Positions 14,620 to 26,164 of a DNA stretch of 64,000 bases are shown here, in pieces (within the stretch, counting starts at the first letter, position 1; every line of letters starts with the position of its first letter). Source of the stretch: Camelus ferus. Lineage: Eukaryota. Under the pieces are notes generated by a model that saw only the letters and a program-made list of their open reading frames with translations, was not told the DNA's origin and did not search any database. A program made the position numbers and the translations under genes. Location of the stretch: the NCBI RefSeq assembly GCF_009834535.1, contig NC_045707.1:15996001-16060000 (forward strand), in the 5' to 3' direction.

Positions 14620-15215
14620 ATCTTTTGAAACCAGCTTTATTGAATTCTAATCAACATACAATAAACTGAACATATTTAAAGCATGTACTTTGCTAAGTTT
14701 GACATAGCAAAACTGTGAAATCATCACCACAATTAAGATAATGAACATATCTGTCACCATCTAGAAGTTGCTTCATAATTTCCTTTTAATCTCAACTCTC
14801 CCCATCCCCACGAGGTAACCACTAATCTGTTTTCTGTCACTACACATTTGTTTGCATTTTCTAGAATTTCATATTTTCATGTAAATAGAATCACACAGTT
14901 ATACGTCTTCCTCCCCCTCCCCCACCTGCTCCCCCCCCCCCCCCCCGGTCTGGCTTCTTTAACTCAGCATAATTATATTGGGATTCATCCATGTTGTTGT
15001 GTGTATCAGTAATTAATTCCTTTTCATTGTCCAGTGGTATTCCAGCATAAAGATATACCACAATTTGCTAATCCTTTCAGTTGTTGATAGACATTTGGGT
15101 TGATCCTAATTTTTAGCTATTACAAATAAAGCGCCTATGAACATTCATGTACAAGTCCTTGTATAGATAAATGCTTTCATTTCTCTTAGGCAGATACCCA
15201 GGAGTGGAATGGATA
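14620..15215 (-). mobile_element. L1MB-like 3' end
   Basis: cagctttattgaattctaatcaacatacaataaactg...ctattacaaataaagcgcctatgaacattc; contains a C16 run at 14931-14946. Confidence 0.85.
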
Positions 15216-18200
15216 GATAATAGGGTAGGCATTTTAAATTTTAAGATGAACATTTTTAGATGTAATAGATATGTTTTCTACCAAGAAGAGGAGAATCATT
15301 TCCACAAATCATTTCCACAAATGGCTAAAGACTTAAAGTGCTACAGCAGTTAAGAACAGATAGCAAATTCAGGATCTTTCTTTCCTTAAAATCCACAGAC
15401 TAATTGTTTAGTTTCCTAATTGGTTATTAATGGATTTTAGGCTTCTGGTGATCAACATTTAATGGTGCTGTGTTAAAATCACAGCAGTTATAAACTGAAG
15501 GGCAAAAAATGTTTCCAAAATTGTTTTCTGTTGTGTAGACCTATTATATTCAACATATATGAGAGGTTAGGCAAGGGACTTTGTTTATGATAGATGAGTT
15601 GTGAGTTCCTGTTCAACCAGAGCAGAATCAGTGGGAAAATGATAACTTTATTTCTATTAATATTAATTCAGTATTGCCCAGTTTTCTGCTAATCCATAGC
15701 AATTTCCTGGGTGACAGTTACTTTTTTAAAAAGCTGCCAAATAAATGTATGAATATTTAAGGGGGGCTCGATTTTATTTTTAAAAAGAGTCCTAAAGCAG
15801 TGCTTACAGTTTGTGTGATCTTAACACGTGATCAGCTATAAGCTTTGCACAGCCACAGTTTTGTGTCTGTGAGGTAACATAGGGTGGGTTTTTCAGGGGA
15901 GAAGAGGGCCTCATGTTTATTGGCCAACTGCTGTATGCCAGCACTGCTGGGGGTGCTTTCTGTACCTTGTCTCGTGGCCACCCACAGCCATGTGCACAAA
16001 GGCGAGTTTCCTTAGCATGACCGACATGGCCCCTAATAACACATTGCTGTCTACTCATCCAGCCTCATCTTTCAGCACAGCCAGTTTTGCATCCTGTGCT
16101 TCGGCTCGTCTCCTTTTTTTCAGACCCTCAAATGTGCTTTGTTTTCTGTCCCTTCCAAGCTTTCTCACATTCTGTTCCTCTGTCTGACTGGTCTCTCTCC
16201 CCGCCTCTGTGCCCCTCCTAAGTAATCCCTGCCCACCCTTCCAGCCTTGGTTGAGGTCTCCCTTCCTTGGATGCCTGCTCTAAATTCCTGTAAGATTCTA
16301 AGTCCTGTTAGAGTAGGGACTGTGTCTCCTTGCTTACCATTTTACTCCTACCAACTAGTGTAGTGCTTAGTAGTATTTGTTGAATGGACAGACAAGCAAA
16401 CAGCCTTCTCGGGTGAGGAATTTTGGCCTTAAGTCACATAGCTAGGAAGTGGTGAGCCCCAGCGTGCGAATAGAAGGAGGACACCAAATCCATGTTTTTT
16501 CCACTACACTAAGCCCACAGTTGTAGTCACTAAACACTCTTGAGGAGGACTGACAGGCAAATGAGGTAATTGAATTGAAACAATATGCCTAATTACATAA
16601 TTGATCCAATATAGAAATGTAATGAAGCCAATTTTCCATAAACTTAATCATGAAAATACTAGTTTTACTATCTTTTTTAAATTGGGTTATTCTGATTTTA
16701 GACTTACACAGATTAAAATAAATGATGCAATGAAGACAGCCTGTAAACCCAGGAGTCTTTGGGATCTTGAGATATATTATCCTGAAAATACTTTGTTCTT
16801 AGGGTCAGATTCACCTGTCCCATTTCCTGCACACACACTTTTTTTTTTCAAAGCATGTTTGCAAAGACAGAATTCTCTGCTTCCTAAGGTACAGTTGAAA
16901 TGTTAGAATATTTCCTGGAAATTATGCAAAAATGCTTTCCTTAAGTAAAAGGTTACAGATGCTGTTACTTTTCTTTCTCTGTATTTTCCTTTTATCACCC
17001 TCCTTTTGATTATAGATCTCTGTCCCCTTTCAAGCACCTCATTGCTTTATCCCTTTGGGGTCTGGTCACTGTTTACCTCTCCAGCCTCATCTATCTTTTG
17101 CCCCTTACCTCTTCAAAGTCTGCTCCATTTACAAAGAAGTATCTGAAATCCCTGACTGAGATTGGTACCCATCCTGTGAAACCCTTTGCTTATTACCCCA
17201 TTTCTTAGCATCTGTTGTATTCGTGTGGAATAGTATGAGGAGTTTTGTATCTCCTGTACCAGATGGTACACCTTTTCAGGGCATTTACTGTCTCATAGGA
17301 GTTCATACATCTAAGAATGCCCAGAACCTGACATGGTTCCTGGCACATATTGTACTTAAGTAGTACGTTGTTTAAAAGACAAAGAAACAAACAGAAAACA
17401 GTCTTGGGCCTCAGATCACCTTCAATATGAGATAATAAGTCTTAGGCAGTTCAGAGCAGGAAGCAAGGATATAGTTATTATTTTAACTTTCTGTCTTATT
17501 CTGGATCTGCAGAATTTGACTTCTAGGTTAAATTAGTCTTTTGTTGTTCAAATTTCCGTCGTCAGCTGCTAGCAGTGTTCTAGCCCTGTTAGTTATCTCT
17601 TTGGCTCTCTGAACCAAAGTAGAACATGGACCAACAGTTTCACCTGAGTTAGAGGGAGGTGTTCAGCCAGACTAACCACAGAATATTTGATTTTAAAAAA
17701 ATGAAAGAAATTCAATCCACAGGCCATAAATTATAACCCCCAAAATCATTAGAAGAATGTCTCACATCAGACCAAATGCCGCTCTAACTTGTGTGCCTTG
17801 TAAGCTCAGAGCCCTGAAATAAATTCCTGACTTCTGCTTCCCTTGGTTATCCTATATTTGGTTGAACCTTTCTTTTTTATTTTTTTCAACATGCTTTTCT
17901 AATTTAGGCCTTGCTTTCCTGAAGTCAGAGCCAGTCTAAATTCAGTCCTCAGTGAATTTCTCAGTTTTCTCTGACTGGGAAACATACAGATCTCCGTCCT
18001 CTCCAGTCACATTTGGAGAGCTGACCTGTGCCCTGTGACTGGCTAGCTTTTCCCCTAAAACCATAGCTGCCTCCAGGCTGAGCACTGTTTCTTACTCCAC
18101 ATCAGTTCCTCAACACCTAGTTCACTATTTGGCACTTTAGCTGTTGTTACCAAAAATGAGTTTTTATATATCCAATATAAGATCATTTGCTTTTAAGTAG

Positions 18201-18757
18201 ACACTAATACATACTTGTCAAAATCAGTGTAGGAGCCTATCACAGAGTTCTCTAATAGAGGCTGAGGAAGATATAGAAGCACTTCAGTGCTATTTGAACA
18301 TAAGGAATAAGCCAGAAGAATTTAGATACTGATTAAGCTCAGAACAGAAAAATAATGAAGTTTAAATGGTCTGTAAGGGGTTTTTTAAAAGGGCTTCAAA
18401 TTACCTCTAGATTTCAGCTGTTTTATTTTATTTTTGCAGGCTTTGGTTCATAAATCTTTCCTTGAGATTCTTAAGAAACTTTACATATTAATCTACCTTA
18501 AGAATATGAATGTTTTGCTGCTGTCCAATTGAATGTGTGATCAATGAGAAAGATATGAAAGGTCTCTGTNNNNNNNNNNNNNNNNNNNNNNNNNNNNNNN
18601 NNNNNNNNNNNNNNNNNNNNNNNNNNNNNNNNNNNNNNNNNNNNNNNNNNNNNNNNNNNNNNNNNNNNNNNNNNNNNNNNNNNNNNNNNNNNNNNNNNNN
18701 NNNNNNNNNNNNNNNNNNNNNNNNNNNNNNNNNNNNNNNNNNNNNNNNNNNNNNNNN

Positions 18758-18825
18758 GCTGTCCCATGGAGAGGTCAAAGGAACCAGTGGGTCTCTAGCT
18801 GATGTATTTGCCAATACTCGAATAG
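18758..18825 (+). CDS. DIP2B: DIP2B exon ~5, visible 3' part: LSHGEVKGTSGSLADVFANTRI; the 5' part and acceptor are in N gap 18570-18757
   Basis: ...CGAATAG|gtagga donor; peptide lies in ORF 18510..18899. The recalled ortholog exon (~213 nt) would start near 18613, inside the gap (inference). Confidence 0.93.
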
Positions 18826-19426
18826 GTAGGAGCTGGATCTACCTCAGAAGCTCAAATTATGTTCCGTTTGGCTCCCAGCATCCAGGAAATAGTCTATGAT
18901 TTGTATTAGGTTTTTCAGAGTGGTCTAAAAAAACAGAATGAGAAAGAACATGACAGTTAATGAGCAAAGAAGGAAACACCAGCAGTACATTTGGAATGAT
19001 AGAGAGTGTCTGCATTATTGGTGCATAGTGTTGCCCACCTGAAGCCATAGCTATTTCCATAAGCAATGCTCAAGCTGCAGGATATAACACCAGTCTTAGC
19101 ACGGTTTATCCCTGTTGGAAAATATTCTATCAGTTAAAAGGTGTAACATTTTAGATTTTCCCAGGATTGTTGTCTGCATCCTCTTTAACAGAAAAACATC
19201 AAACCTGAGCAAATTCTGAACTAAGACAATGTCATTGAGACCCTTGTGTCTTCAGCATAAAGACTGGATTTATTGTCCTTGCTGCTGTGCTATTGCTGCA
19301 ACTGGAGTGTGCAGGCTGAGAATGTTGGTGCTGTGTGAGCTGCTCCCTGCTGCTGGTGCTCCTGTATGGAGTATAGCTTTTGCTTGGCTCTGCTTTATGT
19401 TTGTATGTGTGTGTTTGTATTTTAAG

Positions 19427-19486
19427 AGTCTGTGACATCTGCAGATAAAGATATACCTCAGATCTCTGTTTTTGCTTCATTGGTTG
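19427..19486 (+). CDS. DIP2B: Candidate alternative cassette exon (60 nt, phase 1-1) adding ESVTSADKDIPQISVFASLV
   Basis: tgtgtttgtattttaag|AGTCTG ... TTGGTTG|gtacac; no stop in the DIP2B frame; repeat-free surroundings; no transcript evidence available. Confidence 0.5.
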
Positions 19487-20084
19487 GTACACATAGCATT
19501 AAGTGATGTATATGAACATCATGTGTCTGTGATGGTTTTTCCTTTTTTATTGACAATCATTTGCATTTTGGTGTTTTAATTTTTATATCAGTGACCTTTC
19601 TGTATCACCTTATATATATCTTTATTCTGTTAATTGATTTCTGAAAAGAAAAACTTGGAAGGCTTTGAATGCAAGCCTGTAATTTTTTAGAAAATAGCTG
19701 CCTTGAGGATATGCTTGCCCACATTACAAGGCCAAGTGCCAGCAGCTAATGACTTGTCCTCTGCTCTCAGCTCTGCCCTTGGTTGACTGAACCTCCCAGA
19801 GCAGCTGCAGATGAGCATGCTCACCACCTCTTCTTTTGGGAGGGCGGGCATCAGGGCCATGGTGGAGTCAGGGTTCATCCCCACATTTGTCTAAAAGCAG
19901 TTTCATTTGTTAAAAATACTGTCCTGATACCCAGTTAACTTTATCTGAATTTTTTTAGCAAGATGATTTCATCTGACTTCATATCTCATATTGCCTCAAC
20001 TCTGAAAACTTAAGTGGTTTAGGTACTCACAGAAACATTTTATCCAACATTGTTGCCTTTCGGATGTTTGCCCTAATAAGCACT

Positions 20085-20600
20085 TCATGTTTCTAATAGA
20101 AAAACTTGAAAATACAGATAAAAGAAAAATAACCTGTAAACCCACTTTCTGTGGCTAACCCTTCAGTCTTATCACTGTCATGTATATCCTGCTAGACTTT
20201 ATTTGTATATAAATATGGAAGGTTTTGGTTTTGTTTTTACAAAAATGAAATTATACTAAATACAGTGTTCATAACCTGCTTTTCTTGGCAGTGTATTATA
20301 GACATCTTTTATATCATTAATATATAATTAGACTGTTGTTTTTATGATTTCAAAATATGCCACTCTGGCTATGCCCTGAGCTGTTCCCCTCTTTTGGACA
20401 TTCAAGTATCCAGTTTTTTGCTATTATGAATACTAGAATGAAACATCCTTTAACACATGACTTTGTGCACTTGTTTGATTATTTCCTCTTAGGATGTATT
20501 CCTATTAAGTGGGAATTTCTGGGTCAAATAAAAAAGTCTGTATTTAATACTTTGTTACCTCATTATCCTACAGAAAGAATATACTGCAGTATACTTGTGC
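20085..20600 (-). mobile_element. Old L1 (L1ME-like) fragment
   Basis: catttcaagtatcc-like motif, ttttgctattatgaa and ttaggatgtattcct resemble antisense L1. Confidence 0.6.
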
Positions 20601-20892
20601 TAGTAAAGTTTTTAAAACTTTAAAAACTGTTAAACTAGTAATTACAGACTTTGGGGACATGGAAACCTTAACTCCCAATTGATTTTAGAAGTTGTTTATA
20701 TTATGTTTTTTCCCTTTTTTGTAGTTATGAATGGCTTTTCATTTTTCTTGTAAATGGTATATTTTGCTTCCTATAACTTTCTTTTTCTCACTTCTTTTTT
20801 GCTCCCCGTAAGTTTTTTGTAACACATTCCTGTTGAATGACTCTCTTCCAACTTATCTCATTGTTTCTTTACATTAACAATTCCTACAAGGT

Positions 20893-20983
20893 GGGTGGCT
20901 GGGTATAGCTCAGTGGTAGAGCATGTGTTTAGCATGTGCAAGGTCCTGGTTTCAATCCCCAGCCCCTCCCTTAAAAAAAAAAA
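20893..20983 (+). mobile_element. Vic-1-type tRNA-Ala-derived SINE, short form
   Basis: gggtatagctcagtggtagagcatgtgtttagcatgtgcaaggtcctggtttcaatcccc plus A tail. Confidence 0.9.
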
Positions 20984-21634
20984 TCCCTATATGAAGTAGA
21001 ATCCGATAACATTTTAATCATGTTTTTAGAGCAAGGGAAGAACTTTATCTGTCAAGTAGACCCAAGTTACCCCTGGGTTATTTTATAAAAAATTGAAAAG
21101 TGGACTTCATCTGGGAGCTTAAGCAATCCGACCCACTGCTAAGCCACTATTTCTGTCTCCAATGGAAGAAGAGATATTATGGATAAACCAACGTAAACAT
21201 GAAGAGATGCTCAAGAGACTAGAATATTTGTAGCCATTATGATCATACTTTGGTTTCATTTTGAAGTCACTTGCAATTTTTATTTTATTTTGATTATTTT
21301 TATAACATTGAATTTCTGCCAGACTTTCTGTGTAGGAAAGAAGGTTTTTGAGAAGTATTCAATACATGATTTGATCTTACTAAGGCTACTCAAGTTCTCA
21401 AAAAATAGTAATTTTAGAAAACTAATATGCCCTGGCTTAACTTCTTTCTCTCTCATTGTGTCTTGCTGATAGAATTGATTTAAAAGTTTGTTTTATAAGA
21501 GCTAATGCCCTGTACATGTCGTTTTCTTTTGTGTTAAAAAACAAAAAACCAAAAAAGAAAAAAAAAAGATTTAAAGGTTCTTATTTTTACTGGTAACGTA
21601 ATATAATTCTAAGTTTTGTTTTCTCCCCTCTTAG

Positions 21635-21790
21635 AGAATTTCTCTGCTCCCCCTGACGTCACTACAACTACCTCTTCTTCGTCATCATCTTCCTCAATAC
21701 GCCCATCAAATATTGATCTGCCCCCCTCGGGGATAGTTAAAGGCATGCACAAAGGATCCAACAGGTCCAGCCTTATGGATACAGCTGATG
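21635..21790 (+). CDS. DIP2B: DIP2B exon ~6 (156 nt, phase 1-1): (E)NFSAPPDVTTTTSSSSSSSSIRPSNIDLPPSGIVKGMHKGSNRSSLMDTAD
   Basis: cccctcttag|AGAATT ... GCTGATG|gtaggg. Confidence 0.97.
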
Positions 21791-22275
21791 GTAGGGAGCT
21801 CTTTTTGGTAGCTAAATAGAGAATATTAGTTAAGCTGAAAAAATTCAAATTACAAACAGTAGTGCCTGGCGTCCAGCAGTCACAGAGCCACACTGCAGCT
21901 GACCTACTCAAACAAGACCTCTTGAGCTCCCTCTTTCCAACAGTCTGCCCTGTAGCAGCACTGACACTTGTTCAGACTTAGGCTGTACTTTCAAAAAGAT
22001 ATCTTGAAAGAAAAAACAGTATGGAAAAAGAAGAGAATGCTATGAGAGAAAAGGGAGGTTAGATAAATCTTTAAACAGTGTATTAATAACAGCACCACAT
22101 TTGTTCATTGTCATAAAACTTGTCGTGTGCATATTTCTACCTGTTTGGCCCAGATGAAATAGAATGAGACTGTGGACAAAGGCCAAACATCATTAGCAAT
22201 AAAAACTCCTAAGAGAACTGAAGAACTAAAATACCCCTAAAATCAAATTTTAACTTATGATTTTTTCCTTTATAG

Positions 22276-22395
22276 GTGTTCCTGTCAGTAGCAGAGTATC
22301 CACAAAAATCCAGCAGCTTCTCAACACTCTGAAACGACCCAAAAGGCCTCCCTTAAAAGAATTTTTTGTGGATGACTCTGAAGAAATTGTGGAAG
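22276..22395 (+). CDS. DIP2B: DIP2B exon ~7 (120 nt, phase 1-1): (G)VPVSSRVSTKIQQLLNTLKRPKRPPLKEFFVDDSEEIVE
   Basis: cctttatag|GTGTTC ... GTGGAAG|gtagta. Confidence 0.97.
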
Positions 22396-23969
22396 GTAGT
22401 AGTAGCAATACCAAACATGTATACTCCTTAAGGAGAAGCTTCCTAAGCAGTTACTACATGTTAGGTATTATAGGACTTAAGGATGAACAAGGCATTGTTT
22501 TGGGGGTGAAAGAGTTCACAGCTGTCTGCTTTTTTTTTTCCTAAGGATCGTTTATATTTTAGATCTCAGATGAAAAATAGAGCGAGGGGTGAGGAAAACA
22601 AGGAGATAGCTATGGAACATAGAAATATCTGTGGGAATATGCTCTTTGAAATTAGAATAAGTACGTAATTTTTTAAATTATTTATATTTGGCATTATCCT
22701 AGAATACAGATGTCAGATTTGACCCCATTCTTTTTTGATACAACCCGGTCATTTTGTTAAATCAGTCAGTCAACACATACATATGTCTGCTTTAACATGG
22801 TAGGTAGTGAAAAAGCTTCGTGAAAATAGTCGCTTCTTTCTTCTGGTATGCTCTTTACAGTTTAGACTGGTGCTAAAATAAATGCTACAGATAAAAACTG
22901 AGTTTAGCCAATAAATATATGTCAACTAATACAGGCAGTTTGGAGAAGGGAAGAAATCAGCTTCATCCAGTTAGGGAAGGCTTACTAGAGAAAGCGATAA
23001 TAGTGATTTATTCATTCAGTTATTTTAAAAATATGTATGGGTAAAATAACATAATGTCTAGGATTTAATAGGAAGGATTGAGATGGGACTGTATGGAGGC
23101 ATAGATGAAATTGAAGGTGGCCTTTTGATAGTTATGGAAGCTAAGTGACAACTAGAGCTAACAAAAGCTTTTGTCAAAAGAACTAAATCTTGGCAGCTTT
23201 GCAGTCCATTTTTACATCCTGAGACTAAGAGTAGGCTTTGATCACATCAGACTTGTTAATGAAACTAGGCATGTTAGTAGACTTGATCTGGTCTTAGCCC
23301 ACTTTGTGCATTAAGAAGCAACAAGCCGCCTGACGTCTGAGGTTAAGACGAATGTCTGTTCCTTTAGGAGTCACTAAACTCATTGAACTATGGACATCTT
23401 TCTTGATGCACTGATGTTCAAGGTGCCCATGCCAGCAATAGCCTCTTCAGTCTTTTCAGTACTGTGTATTGACTAGGCAGATGAAGGTCAGGGTTTAATA
23501 GAAATCATGCTTGAGCAATTTGCATTCATTCAGAATAAACAGCTTTCTACTAATTTTAAATAGTCAACAGTTATTTTTTTGAATGACAGTTACCTTGGAG
23601 GAAAAAAAAACACCCGTAGGTCTTTGACAGTGTGGAAGACTGTGCTCCAGGGTGTGCATTGTGGAGGCCTAGTGGACGGCAATAATGTACAGAGTTTTAT
23701 AACCAGAGCTATGCCTACCATATATATAGTCTGTCCATAAAACAAAATAATTATTTATTTTTTATTTTTTCATTTTTCAGTTTTATTAGGTAGAATTGTT
23801 ACAATTTGCACATATACAATATATTGCATGTAAATATATATACACAATATACTGCAAATATTTTTAAAATTTACATATACGTACTGTTCATTGTTTCTAA
23901 GAATATTTAGAGCTTTAGCTTTTTAAACTTATATAGTTATCAAAGGAATAAAGCCAACCAAAAAATAAG

Positions 23970-24143
23970 AATTAATTCAAAACGATACATACACCCTGCT
24001 ATTAACAGCAACATTCTTTATAATTGCCAAGATAGGGAAGCATCCTAAGTGCACATCAATAGATGAATGGATAAAAGAAGATGCAGCATATATATGTAAT
24101 GGAACACAACTCACCCATAAGAAAGGATATTCTGCCATTTGCA
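23970..24143 (+). mobile_element. L1 ORF2 C-terminal fragment, part of a composite insertion
   Basis: ttaattcaaaacgatacatacacc...caatagatgaatggataaaagaagatg...ctgccatttgca. Confidence 0.85.
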
Positions 24144-24519
24144 TTCCTTCATTCACTTTTTTTTTTTTTTTTCACTTCAAAAACCAGAATTTTATAACTG
24201 GCATAAACATTTCCACTGCATCAAAAACAAAACAATTTATTTAGAATCACCCGTGTTTATTTTTATACTTAATCTGGTGGTTTAGGGTCTGGGAATATGC
24301 AAATATTATTTACCTAGGGTAGTGACTTGGAAAGTGAAACTGTTTCGTTAGTTTTTTATTAGTGGAAAAATGAATGAAGACATTCTAAGTAAGTTTCCCA
24401 AACCTGTCTTTAAATCGAGCTGTAAAATACAATTTATTTCCTATTTCATTTGCCATTCTAGTACCTGCTGCTCATCCTGTCCATTCTCTCTTCTGTGCTG
24501 CTTCTCTTATCCCCGCTTC

Positions 24520-24790
24520 ACCTCGCTGATTCCTACCCTTCTTTGAAGACTCGGCTCGGGCATTACCCGCTCCAGGTGGGGGCCCGGTCCTCTCACTTGG
24601 CTGGCATGGCCCTCTTCTGCCCTCTCTGTGCACATCTCGGTCACGCACTGCCCATGTTTACTTAGCTGTGTGTATGAGTGTGTCCCCGTTGCACTCTAGG
24701 TACTCCTGGAGAGCGTGGGCTCTGTACTCCGTGTACCTGGCATTATTAGAAGCAGTAGATGTTTGTTCAGAGAATGATATGCACAGCATT
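24520..24790 (+). mobile_element. L2 3' fragment, CpG-enriched
   Basis: ttcctacccttctttgaagactcggctc resembles L2 tcctactcatccttcaagactcagctc; ends gtagatgtttgttcagagaatga. Confidence 0.6.
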
Positions 24791-25049
24791 TATCTTCTCA
24801 TGTTTATCACATCCTGTGCACATAATTGGCACTCAATAAATAAATGACCTTTTGTTCTGAATGTAAATTATCTTTCCTGCTATGAAAATATAGGACTTTC
24901 TTTTGCTTTTTAATGTTTGTATACTTGCTTATTGTAGACAAATTAAGAGGACTTTAGTTTTGTCTAGACAAAAGAACATGAAATAGTATTCACCTCCAGT
25001 TTCTGGAATTGACCATGTTTGTAATCTAGTGCTTTTTTTTTGTCCCCAA

Positions 25050-25570
25050 AGTTCAGTTCAATTTAATTGACATTGATTGAGCAACCATTATGTATTAAGC
25101 ACTATAGGCAATAAGAGGAATAAGAACCATGTCATCTCTTGAAAAGCTCTCAGTCTAAGGGGGAGAAAAACTTGTGCAGTAACAGAAGTTCATGTGCATC
25201 CTGAGTGCTTTAGTAAGGGTGGACTAGCACATGGTGTGAGAACACTAAGGAAGGAATGACCAGGGATGGCTTCCCGGGGAATTTACCATTCAAGCTACAT
25301 CCTGAGAAGGATGAGTACAACTTCATCAGGAGGCAGAGGGATGGGCCGTATGAGATGTGTGCAAAGGTATAGAGAGACATAAAAGGAACCTTGTCTTTCA
25401 TGCCCATTACTTGCCTGAGTCCAGTAATGACCCTGCTGTAAACAATTACTATTTCCATTTTACAGATGAGGGAAAATGAGGCTCAGGTAACTCATTTTCC
25501 CTAAAGTCATGTTAGTAAAAAGTGAAGGTAAACTTGGGTCTTCTGACTCACAGTTCAATGCTTTTTCATT
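25050..25570 (-). mobile_element. L2 fragment followed by a MIR fragment (~25450-25570)
   Basis: cattgattgagcaaccattatg...gctctcagtctaagggg; ccattttacagatgagggaaaatgaggctcag. Confidence 0.7.
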
Positions 25571-25966
25571 AAATGTAACCTGGTGGAGTGGAACCTGGCT
25601 GTCTAACATTTGGACACAAACTAAAGATTTAAAAATACATTTACTAAAAATTGTAAAATTGCTAAATGGAATTTTATGCTTTGTGCTTTTTTGTATATTC
25701 AATGATTTGCTTTGTCAAGGGTCAGAATTTGTTGCATAAAATATATTAAATATGATTTTACAGTTATGTGGGGAAATGAAATTAAGGCGGCCCAGTTTGT
25801 GGATTACCGTTTTTAAGGCTGTCCTTTCCTCAAGTGAGTTTAAGCCAGATAAAGATGAAGGGAAAGGGGAAATATATTTGAGATTAGAGACCTAAGTTGT
25901 GTTAGTTGGTATTTGTACTTACTTCAGATCTTGTTCTCATAACCTGTTGGGGTTTTTTGGGCACAG

Positions 25967-26164
25967 TACCTCAGCCAGACCCCAACCAACCCAAGCCAGA
26001 GGGACGGCAGATGACCCCTGTGAAGGGAGAGCCATTAGGAGTCATCTGTAACTGGCCACCTGCTCTTGAGTCTGCTCTGCAGCGCTGGGGCACCACTCAG
26101 GCAAAATGCCCCTGCCTGACTGCACTGGATGTAACGGGAAAACCAGTTTACACTCTTACTTATG
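25967..26164 (+). CDS. DIP2B: DIP2B exon ~8 (198 nt, phase 1-1): (V)PQPDPNQPKPEGRQ...TGKPVYTLTY
   Basis: gggcacag|TACCTC ... ACTTATG|gtgagt. Confidence 0.97.

Noticed and set aside
19687-19884. Minus-strand 65-aa ORF in a moderately GC-rich patch
   Set aside because: No recognisable homology, promoter, poly(A) tail or TSD.
22396-22405. Tandem GTAGTAGTAG after exon ~7 (possible +3/+6 donors)
   Set aside because: The shifted sites lose the exonic AG and match the donor consensus poorly; no other support.
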